Shown one piece after another: positions 1-7,584 of a stretch of DNA of 24,109 bases. The first letter of the stretch is position 1; the number at the start of each line of letters is the position of its first letter. Both the position numbers and the translations under genes were made by a program. Under the pieces are notes generated by a model. That model made no database searches. It was given only the letters and a program-made list of their open reading frames with translations, and was not told the DNA's origin. Where the stretch lies: the IMG/VR virus record IMGVR_UViG_3300047545_000594, positions 1 through 24,109 of that record. One strand, given 5' to 3'. This stretch comes from a virus. Its lineage: Duplodnaviria; Caudoviricetes.

Positions 1-1
1 C

Positions 2-2443
2 GGAAACCTAAAAGGAACTGCACAAAATGCTACTTCGGCATCGTATGCCGTAACAGCCTCATATGCTCACTTTGCCGCTACACCAACAGTACAGGGAGTT
101 CAAGGACTACAAGGAAGACAAGGTACTTCTGGTGTAAATGGATCTCAAGGTACTCAAGGAATCCAAGGACTACAAGGACTACAAGGAAGACAAGGAACCA
201 CAGGTATTCAAGGTACCTCAGGGACTAACGGAAGCCAAGGTATAACTGGTGCTCAAGGAGCAATAGGAAGCCAAGGAACTAGTGGAACAAATGGAGCACA
301 AGGTATTCAAGGTATATTAGGAAACACTGGAGCTCAGGGAACTACTGGAGCAAGTATACAAGGAACAACTGGACAAACCGGAGCTCAAGGAACTACCGGA
401 TCTACAGGATCACAGGGAACAACTGGATCTACAGGTAGTCAAGGTGTAACTGGTATCCAAGGAACTACAGGTACAACAGGTTCTCAAGGAACTACTGGAA
501 CAACCGGAGCTCAAGGTGTACAAGGATTGCAAGGTAGACAAGGTACAGCAGGTTCAAATGGTGCTCAAGGAGCTACCGGAGCACAGGGTAGTACAGGTTC
601 TCAAGGTACAACTGGTACTCAAGGAGTACAAGGAACACAAGGTGTTCAAGGAACTAATGCAGGTATTACTTCTTATACAAATGCTTCTGATAATAGAGTA
701 TTGACTTCGGTTAATAGTTCAACTATTAATGCTGAGAGTAATTTAACGTTTGATGGATCTAACTTCTACAATTACGGAGGAGCTAGTTTTGTGCAAAGTG
801 CATATCCGTACATACAGTGGAACGACACTTACGGAGGGACAACTAAAATCGCATGGATGCAACTAGGGGTTACCTTAGGAGGATCAGGAGCAACTGGAGG
901 AGGGTATTTAACAACCTATTCTCAAGATAAACCATTTGGTTGGACAGTGGGTGCTGCTCAAGGAGCAATGACAATTGATACCTCAGGAAACGTACAAGCG
1001 CTTGCTTCTCATAGAGCTCCTATCTTCTACGATTCAGATAATACAGGATACTACTTAAATGGTGCTGGTCAATCCTATTTTTCTAAATTAAGATTAAATG
1101 CTGACTGGGGAGGAGCTGGAGCTGATGATGCTCAGTTTAGTATTAGAGCTACATACCCTTCTATTACATTTAGAAGTACAGTAGCAAACACTATGTGGCT
1201 ACGTCATATGGATGGATCAGGAGAAATTCAACACTACGCTGCTACAGATGGTGTTGATTCTGTCAACTGGGGAATAAAACATACTATGTATAAGAGCGGG
1301 ATATTCTTCTCAGCTGCTTCAATGCGTACCCCTATATTTTACGATTCAGACAATACCGGATACTACGTAGATCCATCATCTACAAGCAACTTAAATACAT
1401 TACAAACAGCCGGAACAGGGCTTATAGGAGGTATATTGAGTATAGGAAATAGTACAAATACTAAAATAAAGTGGGGAGGAAATACTTCTCCAACATTAGG
1501 CCTTCCATTTACTGGAGCAGCTAATGCACTATGGTTAGAAGTAAATGACGGAGATACAGGAGGAGTTGTTATTGATAACGAAGGTGTAACAGTGTTTGGA
1601 GCAGGAGATACTGGGTATGTATTTAGAGTTATAGATGAAGATGCATATCAAGGAAACTCGAATGTAACAAACTCTACAACATTTCAAATAAATCAAGGCC
1701 AGAATGGCGGAGGTTACATGCGAGGTATATTTGAAGTTACAGACTATCTGACAGCAGGAAATAGTGCTAGAGCACCTATCTTCTACGATTCAAACGATAC
1801 ATCGTACTATGTAAATCCAAACTCAACAAGTATAATGAGTGTGGTGCAACCTTATTATTTAAGAAGGAGTACACACAGTACAGGTCATTTAGAGGGTTCA
1901 TACAACAATATCGGAGGAAACTCAGCCAATAGTAACCCGATATACACAATTGGGTCATCATATAACCCATCAGATAGCTCTTTAGGAAATATGTATGGTA
2001 TAGGATTTGCTCATCCTAACTTTTGGGGAAGTGGTAAAACGTCAAGTTGGGGTATGTATGTTGCAGAAGGTGGTACTTTTGTAGTAACATTAGGAGGAGG
2101 ATCAACCTCTATCTGGGCTGCAAATGACATTGTAGCCTATTCAGATATACGAGTTAAAGACAATATTGAAGTAATAGAAAATGCAATAGATAAGATAAAA
2201 GCAATCCGAGGAGTTACCTTTACTAGAAAGGATGCTTTAGAAGAAGATAAGGATAAAAGACATGCAGGAGTTATTGCACAAGAAGTAATGAAGGTACTAC
2301 CAGAGGTAGTTACAGGAACTGAAGAAGATAAATATTCAGTAGCATACGGTAACATGGCCGGACTATTTATAGAAGCAATAAAAGAACAACAAACACAAAT
2401 AGACGAATTAAAACAATTAGTAAAACAATTAACACAAAAATAA
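2..2443 (+). CDS. Tail fibre / receptor-binding protein with collagen-like segment and C-terminal intramolecular chaperone (peptidase S74); 5' end lies upstream of the window
   Basis: The frame of ORF 527..2443 is open back to base 2 (GNLKGTAQNATSASYAVTASYA... then G-X-Y repeats). The C-terminus has the S74 signature YSDIRVKDNI...IRGVTF...GVIAQEV..VLPEVV...VAYGNMAGLFIEAIKE plus a coiled coil; the predicted autocleavage Ser is at about 2141. Confidence 0.9.
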   Translation, partial: GNLKGTAQNATSASYAVTASYAHFAATPTVQGVQGLQGRQGTSGVNGSQGTQGIQGLQGLQGRQGTTGIQGTSGTNGSQGITGAQGAIGSQGTSGTNGAQGIQGILGNTGAQGTTGASIQGTTGQTGAQGTTGSTGSQGTTGSTGSQGVTGIQGTTGTTGSQGTTGTTGAQGVQGLQGRQGTAGSNGAQGATGAQGSTGSQGTTGTQGVQGTQGVQGTNAGITSYTNASDNRVLTSVNSSTINAESNLTFDGSNFYNYGGASFVQSAYPYIQWNDTYGGTTKIAWMQLGVTLGGSGATGGGYLTTYSQDKPFGWTVGAAQGAMTIDTSGNVQALASHRAPIFYDSDNTGYYLNGAGQSYFSKLRLNADWGGAGADDAQFSIRATYPSITFRSTVANTMWLRHMDGSGEIQHYAATDGVDSVNWGIKHTMYKSGIFFSAASMRTPIFYDSDNTGYYVDPSSTSNLNTLQTAGTGLIGGILSIGNSTNTKIKWGGNTSPTLGLPFTGAANALWLEVNDGDTGGVVIDNEGVTVFGAGDTGYVFRVIDEDAYQGNSNVTNSTTFQINQGQNGGGYMRGIFEVTDYLTAGNSARAPIFYDSNDTSYYVNPNSTSIMSVVQPYYLRRSTHSTGHLEGSYNNIGGNSANSNPIYTIGSSYNPSDSSLGNMYGIGFAHPNFWGSGKTSSWGMYVAEGGTFVVTLGGGSTSIWAANDIVAYSDIRVKDNIEVIENAIDKIKAIRGVTFTRKDALEEDKDKRHAGVIAQEVMKVLPEVVTGTEEDKYSVAYGNMAGLFIEAIKEQQTQIDELKQLVKQLTQK
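95..658 (+). repeat. Collagen-like (Gly-X-Y)n coding repeat, about 62 triplets with one interruption (GASIQG at 347-364)
   Basis: 9-bp periodic ggN-NNN-caa/acN pattern. It translates as GVQGLQGRQGTSGVNGSQ...GTTGSTGSQ...GVQGTN, with no Pro, Lys or acidic residues. Confidence 0.92.
1013..1810 (+). repeat. Three dispersed copies of a tail-fibre junction motif R[AT]PIFYDS[DN][ND]T[GS]YY (1013-1054, 1325-1366, 1769-1810)
   Basis: Protein copies RAPIFYDSDNTGYY, RTPIFYDSDNTGYY and RAPIFYDSNDTSYY; shared DNA core cctat(c/a)tt(c/t)tacgattca. Confidence 0.9.
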
Positions 2444-2444
2444 A

Positions 2445-2798
2445 ATGGCAATTACTTACACTTACCAAATTCACGAACTAAAAGCAGTACCTACAGTAGG
2501 AGACTTAGAACAAGTAATCACAGAAGTAAGATATGCTTACATCGGAACAGACGAGAATAACATCACATCAACCTATCCAGGTGCAACAGCACTTCCAACT
2601 CCAGATTCAGCAGACTTTACACCAATAGATGAGCTAACAGAAGAGCTAGTAATTGAGTGGTTAGAAGCAAATGCTAACCTAGAAGTAATGCAAGCTGCAA
2701 TCGAAGCTCACATCGAACAACAATCAGGTGTTATTTATAGAGGAAGCACACTACCATGGGCACCAGCAGAACAAGCACCAGTATCAGGATCAATCTAA
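2445..2798 (+). CDS. Small acidic tail-fibre-associated protein, paralog 1 (possible fibre chaperone/accessory)
   Basis: 117 aa, MAITYTY...VIEWLE...LPWAPAEQAPVSGSI. It starts 2 nt after the fibre stop and is a clear paralog of the next gene. Confidence 0.75.
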   Translation: MAITYTYQIHELKAVPTVGDLEQVITEVRYAYIGTDENNITSTYPGATALPTPDSADFTPIDELTEELVIEWLEANANLEVMQAAIEAHIEQQSGVIYRGSTLPWAPAEQAPVSGSI

Positions 2799-2814
2799 TA
2801 AACAGAAATAAGAA

Positions 2815-3168
2815 ATGGCAATCACTTACACATTCAAAGTAAACAAAATTGAAGTAGCTCCAGCACTTGGAGAATTAACAGACGTAGTAACAAGAGTTAG
2901 ATACGACTATAAAGGAGTAAACGAAGACGGTATCGAAGGTACTTTTGCAGGAGTTACACCAATGCCAGCACCAGGAGATGCAGAATTCAAACCTCTAGCA
3001 GAACTAGTAGAAGCAGATGTAATCGAGTGGTTAGAAGCACATGCTGATAAACCTCACATGCAAGAAAGAATTCAAAAACAAATCGATGGTCAAGTTGAAC
3101 CTAAATATGTAGATACTCCATTACCATGGGCACCTGCAGAGGAAGCACCAGTATCTGGATCAATTTAA
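2815..3168 (+). CDS. Small acidic tail-fibre-associated protein, paralog 2
   Basis: 117 aa, MAITYTF...VIEWLE...LPWAPAEEAPVSGSI; same length and termini as 2445..2798. Confidence 0.75.
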   Translation: MAITYTFKVNKIEVAPALGELTDVVTRVRYDYKGVNEDGIEGTFAGVTPMPAPGDAEFKPLAELVEADVIEWLEAHADKPHMQERIQKQIDGQVEPKYVDTPLPWAPAEEAPVSGSI

Positions 3169-3186
3169 TAAAAAAAAAATAATAAA

Positions 3187-3720
3187 ATGGGATTTATAGT
3201 ATCACAATCAATTGAGACCTTCTTTGGAGATCAACTAGATAGTTTCTATGTTAGAATAGAGAACTACCAGTTAGACAAACTAAGAGGTGCTGTAGGGACA
3301 ACAATAGGACACTATGAGACACCAGAAACAGCTGCACTAGTTTTTCCTAAGTATGCAGAGGATACTCCTGGACCTTATGGTAGGATACCTGTTTCAATGT
3401 CCTATAATGGAGAGTGGAAAGAGTATCCTATGTGGTACAACTTCCCTGTAACAGCAAGTGTACTAGTTACTGAACCGTTTACATCATCATCATTCCACAC
3501 AGAATTGGTTGATTATATCGACTTCGATGAGAATGGAGACGAGGTAGTAAGACAGAGAGAAGAGCAGTTTGAAACAATCACCTCAGGAAGTAGGGAGGTG
3601 CAGAAGACCCTTTTAGATATACAGCTAATAACAGGCAGCATATATGAGTACTCTTATGCAAAAGTAAAAGAGGTGTATTCTGAGATGTTTGGAAGTGAAA
3701 ATATAATAGACGAGATATAA
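3187..3720 (+). CDS. Hypothetical acidic protein, probably virion/fibre-associated
   Basis: 177 aa ORF in the fibre operon; its stop overlaps the next start (TAATG). Confidence 0.7.
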   Translation: MGFIVSQSIETFFGDQLDSFYVRIENYQLDKLRGAVGTTIGHYETPETAALVFPKYAEDTPGPYGRIPVSMSYNGEWKEYPMWYNFPVTASVLVTEPFTSSSFHTELVDYIDFDENGDEVVRQREEQFETITSGSREVQKTLLDIQLITGSIYEYSYAKVKEVYSEMFGSENIIDEI

Positions 3721-4163
3721 TGGGATATACTGACATACCTTCCACCAACCAAGCCCTGATAGGGACATATGGACAGTTTTACAATAGAAGTAGTAGTAGT
3801 TTTAGTGGTATTTTTAACTTTTCCACTTATCCAAACCGTGCACTCAGTAGTCTAAACATGAGATACGTAGTTGGAGGACGTTGTCTGTACTTAAATATAG
3901 CAAGTAGTAATCCAACAAAAGGATCAGTATCAATAACATACCCCTGGAGCGAAACATCCATAACAACTAGTACAATAGGAAACAACAGACAAGTACTCAC
4001 TCAGATATACGGCTATATGGATATAAGGTGTAATGTTAATTACGGGTATTCCTTTAAAGGGTGGTATACGTTACCTTCAAGCGGTACCTTAATAACTACT
4101 CAGAATCTATATAGTGTATTCACTTCCGATTACCAAGGAGTATGGTATGCACAATTCAACTAA
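3720..4163 (+). CDS. Ser/Thr/Tyr-rich protein with a C-terminal Listeria-Bacteroides (InlB B-repeat-like) beta domain; putative fibre-tip/adhesin accessory
   Basis: GYSFKGWYTLPSSGTLIT...WYAQFN resembles the GYTFxGWY...LYAQW signature of that repeat. Confidence 0.6.
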   Translation: MGYTDIPSTNQALIGTYGQFYNRSSSSFSGIFNFSTYPNRALSSLNMRYVVGGRCLYLNIASSNPTKGSVSITYPWSETSITTSTIGNNRQVLTQIYGYMDIRCNVNYGYSFKGWYTLPSSGTLITTQNLYSVFTSDYQGVWYAQFN

Positions 4164-4166
4164 TGC

Positions 4167-5054
4167 ATGGAAGCAATTTGGGTTTTAGAGAACGTAAAAG
4201 AGGATAAATCATTCTATAGCAAACTGGAGCTACTTATTTTAGTAGCTTCAATTTGTTTATGGAAAAAGCATCACCCTAACCATAACACAGCTATATACTG
4301 TGATGAGATGACAAATGGTGTGTTATCTAAGTTAGGAGTATTAGGTTTGTGGGACGATGTACGTCACTTATCGTATCCTGAGAAAATAAATCGAGAGGTA
4401 TTTTGGTCAAGTTGTAAGACCAAAGTAATAAGCGAAACCCAAATACCACTAGTAGTAGTTGATCATGATTTTCTAATCTATACAAATATAGATGAGCACT
4501 TAAAGGACCAAGTTGTGTTTACCTACAACGAGCAAGCAAACAACTGGTATCCAAAAGAGAACAACAAAGCAAATAGATCACTAACCAATCCAATTGAGTA
4601 TGTGAATAATCTTGCAGCTAACGTCAGTCTACTGTATCTACCGGATCCTAAATTTACTAGAGAGTATGCAAAACAGACTCTTCAAAACCACGTAGAATTA
4701 TCAGCAATGTACATAGAGGACTTATCTGCAAACTATATGATACTATCAGAGCAGCTAATGCTTAAACAGTGGCTAAGTAAAAGAGAAATACCTCACCAAT
4801 CACTTTGTAAGAATATTTGGGACTGTAACAGTATCGGATACACGTTAGATGAGGTTGAAAACGGCATTTGGAATTACAAAGAAGTATCGCTATATTGTAA
4901 ACACTATGGAGTAGATAAAGCTCGTTTCAAAGAAAACCAAGAGGGATTTGATTACGAAAAAGAAATACAATTTCTATACAGATGTATCAAGTCAAGTAAA
5001 TTACACAACGTAGAACAGTTACAGGAAAAAATTAAAGTTATAAACAATGTATAG
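4167..5054 (+). CDS. DUF6734-like, putative GT-A (DxD) glycosyltransferase
   Basis: SICLWKK...AIYCD...FWSSCK...PLVVVDHDF matches the S..../LYTD/W..K/P...DxD pattern of DUF6734-type nucleotide-sugar transferase-like proteins; paralogous to the next gene. Confidence 0.6.
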   Translation: MEAIWVLENVKEDKSFYSKLELLILVASICLWKKHHPNHNTAIYCDEMTNGVLSKLGVLGLWDDVRHLSYPEKINREVFWSSCKTKVISETQIPLVVVDHDFLIYTNIDEHLKDQVVFTYNEQANNWYPKENNKANRSLTNPIEYVNNLAANVSLLYLPDPKFTREYAKQTLQNHVELSAMYIEDLSANYMILSEQLMLKQWLSKREIPHQSLCKNIWDCNSIGYTLDEVENGIWNYKEVSLYCKHYGVDKARFKENQEGFDYEKEIQFLYRCIKSSKLHNVEQLQEKIKVINNV

Positions 5055-5056
5055 TT

Positions 5057-6025
5057 ATGAAAGCAATACACGTAAATTGGACAGCACCCTTCTTTCATAG
5101 AGAAAGGTTAAGAGGTCATGGATTTCGTACAACCAGAGATATTGCGTCACATACATACGATATACCGGACTACCAAGCACTGTACACAATACTTTCAGCC
5201 CTACGATGGAAATACCATAACGGACCTATTAAATTATACACAGATTCAGTAGGACTTAGCTTTTACAAGCAATTAGGGGTTTTAGATATGTACGATGAAG
5301 TTAACATTGAATTCCTAAATAATATACCACCAGTAGATCCTGCTTTGTTTTGGACAAGTGGTAAGATACAAGCACTGGTTAATGAACAGGCACCTTTTGT
5401 ATTCTTAGACCAAGATTTTATAGTTAGAGATGAAGTCCCTGAGAGTTTGTATAAAGGGGATATAGGAATAGGTCATTGGGAAATACCTAGAGGACATTAC
5501 TACTTTACAGAAGAACAGTGGCAAAGGGAGATTAACCACATGCCTTTTCCTAAGAATTATAACATTAATGCATACTCTCCTAATACATCATTTTTGTACT
5601 TTAGTAATAATAAAGTGATCGAAGAGTATGTAGATTGGCATAAAAAGATGATCACATCTGACGGTAATCAAATACCGGAATGGTTTTGGTTAGCAACAGA
5701 TCAAGGTATATTGGGACATGTAATTCGAGAAGGAAAATACAACACAACTACCTTAACAGATAGGGTATTTCTAGCAGACAACGATTACGGAAACAAAGAC
5801 ACACAGAATCAAGGACTGTCAGAACAGTGGTATTATCCAATGAGTCATGATAAAGAAAAGGATAAACTAGATTGGGAACACGTATGGTTAGCTAAAATAG
5901 TATACGGATTACAACCAGAATTACTTGAATTTGACACTCAGAGATTCTTTAATGAAATAAAAGCACTGCAAGGGGAGGAGTACTTACAACACCCTCGATT
6001 TGCAAAATACTGGAAGAATGGATAA
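5057..6025 (+). CDS. DUF6734-like, putative GT-A (DxD) glycosyltransferase
   Basis: MKAIHVNWTAPF...ILSALRWK...IKLYTDSVG...FWTSGKIQAL...PFVFLDQDF...NTSFLYF...DQG. Confidence 0.65.
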   Translation: MKAIHVNWTAPFFHRERLRGHGFRTTRDIASHTYDIPDYQALYTILSALRWKYHNGPIKLYTDSVGLSFYKQLGVLDMYDEVNIEFLNNIPPVDPALFWTSGKIQALVNEQAPFVFLDQDFIVRDEVPESLYKGDIGIGHWEIPRGHYYFTEEQWQREINHMPFPKNYNINAYSPNTSFLYFSNNKVIEEYVDWHKKMITSDGNQIPEWFWLATDQGILGHVIREGKYNTTTLTDRVFLADNDYGNKDTQNQGLSEQWYYPMSHDKEKDKLDWEHVWLAKIVYGLQPELLEFDTQRFFNEIKALQGEEYLQHPRFAKYWKNG

Positions 6026-6827
6026 CGAGATACTAATAGTAAGAGCATTGTGGGGAGATACTCCTCGAGCACTAAAAGAGGTGCTTCCTTGTCCTATCTT
6101 TAAAAATGAAGTAGTATATGTTTGGGGAACTGCTAATGAGCAAATGCTTAACAGTAGGGGATTTAAAACTATATTAATGCAGCAAGAGAGCAGCTGTGCT
6201 AAATACTCAACTATACATACACAGTATTACCATAAGCTAGAAGCTATACAGAGAGCAAATAATGAGTATGGTGAATTTATATTCTTAGATTGGGACTGCT
6301 TTATACTGCGTCCATTGGATGACTACTTCTACCAAACACTAAGAGAAGGTAATGATGTGCAGGTACCGGTATATGCTTATGATGATATTAAGTATTTAGG
6401 AATCACTAAGCTGATAATGGCCCAAAACAAACACCTACCTAAACCAATAATTTCAGAAGAGCTAAGACTGTATATGCTATCGCAAGAGCAGCAACTAAGA
6501 AAGTATAGCTGGAAGGAACCTAATATGCTTATCTCTCCTAACTTTGGATTCTTCTATACAAGAAGACCTAATATAGGAAACGAGTTGGTGGATATAAGTA
6601 TAAAAAATAATCTTGAAAACTGTATTGAAGAGCATGCTATGTTTCTTTGGGCAGATTGTTCTTTAGATCATTTTATAAAAAAATACGAACCCAAAGTACT
6701 ACAGGGAACAGCAGATGAGACTAGGACCTTGCTGTACGACTATAATTATAACGTCGATCCTGTAATTAAGATTAATAAGTACGTAGCAACCCTAGTAAAA
6801 AAGGACATATACCTAAAACACATCTAG
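6018..6827 (+). CDS. Putative nucleotide-diphospho-sugar transferase (GT-A, DxD)
   Basis: The likely start is ATG 6018 (MDNEILIV...), overlapping the previous stop. Motifs: HKLEAI...EFIFLDWDCFILRPL...PNFGFFY...EEH. Confidence 0.55.
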   Translation: MDNEILIVRALWGDTPRALKEVLPCPIFKNEVVYVWGTANEQMLNSRGFKTILMQQESSCAKYSTIHTQYYHKLEAIQRANNEYGEFIFLDWDCFILRPLDDYFYQTLREGNDVQVPVYAYDDIKYLGITKLIMAQNKHLPKPIISEELRLYMLSQEQQLRKYSWKEPNMLISPNFGFFYTRRPNIGNELVDISIKNNLENCIEEHAMFLWADCSLDHFIKKYEPKVLQGTADETRTLLYDYNYNVDPVIKINKYVATLVKKDIYLKHI

Positions 6828-6828
6828 T

Positions 6829-7539
6829 ATGCACTTTAAACAACCACTCATACAAACATCAAACGAGCACGTATTTCACTTAGCTCCAATTCCTGTATAC
6901 CAAAGAATATTTGATGACGTACTAACAGATAGAGTATATCAATTAGGATTGGACACTCTTACAGATACCCAGAAGAGAATGGGACAGGAATTACCTCAGC
7001 AGTATGATACAGAGAGACAATCTACCTATCAAGTAAGTTACGACAGACAAGATCAATGGGTAGAGGATCATGAGTTCCCACCTATTGGAAGTAGATTCTA
7101 TACTCCACCAAACGACTTCTTAAACAATACAGACGAGGATGTGCAGATTATAAGAAGGAGAATAGAAGGAGGATTTTTACAACTACTTAAATCAATACAA
7201 GTAGAAGCAAAAAGCAAACCTACCATAACTGAGAGTTGGTTACAATACTACGATCCATACTCAGGTAGAGGACACAATGCACATAACCATTGTAGATGGC
7301 ATCACGAAGAAGCTAAGCCAATCATGTTCTCAGGGGGATATTACTTGTCTGATGGTGATCCAATTCAAGACCATCCATATAGTGGTGTATTCTCTTTTCA
7401 CATCAGAGGTATGAAATATTACATAAGACCTAAGAAGGGAATGCTAATCATCTGGCCATACGACATAGTCCACTCAGTAGAACCATTCTATGGTAAACAA
7501 CATCGAGCAGTAATTAACTTCAATATACAGGTTGGATAA
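6829..7539 (+). CDS. 2OG-Fe(II) oxygenase superfamily protein (TIGR02466-like)
   Basis: ESWLQYY...HNAHNH...FSGGYYL...IRPKKGMLIIWP..IVHSVEP....HRAVINFNI: HxH...H triad and the 2OG-binding Arg of the DSBH fold. Confidence 0.8.
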   Translation: MHFKQPLIQTSNEHVFHLAPIPVYQRIFDDVLTDRVYQLGLDTLTDTQKRMGQELPQQYDTERQSTYQVSYDRQDQWVEDHEFPPIGSRFYTPPNDFLNNTDEDVQIIRRRIEGGFLQLLKSIQVEAKSKPTITESWLQYYDPYSGRGHNAHNHCRWHHEEAKPIMFSGGYYLSDGDPIQDHPYSGVFSFHIRGMKYYIRPKKGMLIIWPYDIVHSVEPFYGKQHRAVINFNIQVG

Positions 7540-7560
7540 TGTAAAATAGTTTTGTATATT
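7532..7560 (+). promoter_or_regulatory. Host-RNAP-type promoter TTG-N20-TATATT
   Basis: TTG 7532-7534 and TATATT 7555-7560, about 25 nt upstream of ATG 7585; the same spacing occurs at four other intergenic sites. Confidence 0.6.
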
Positions 7561-7584
7561 ATATAAAAACACTTAATAAGTTAT

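Noticed and set aside
527-529. TTG start for the tail fibre
   Set aside because: The frame is open from base 2, so the real start is upstream of the window.
95-658. Repeat array as a CRISPR array or non-coding tandem repeat
   Set aside because: The periodicity is codon-based (Gly every third codon with synonymous variation); there is no repeat-spacer structure and no cas genes.
516-704. 62-aa alternative-frame ORF over the collagen repeat
   Set aside because: Shadow of the 9-bp periodic repeat; the collagen frame is continuous with the fibre gene.
1013-3168. Diversity-generating retroelement or invertase shufflon acting on the fibre
   Set aside because: No reverse transcriptase, no TR/VR pair with adenine-specific mismatches, no recombinase and no inverted cassettes in the window.
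3170-3179. A10 run (and T10 at 12860-12869) as phase-variation switches
   Set aside because: Homopolymers are expected in AT-rich intergenic DNA; there is no evidence of length variation from a single sequence.
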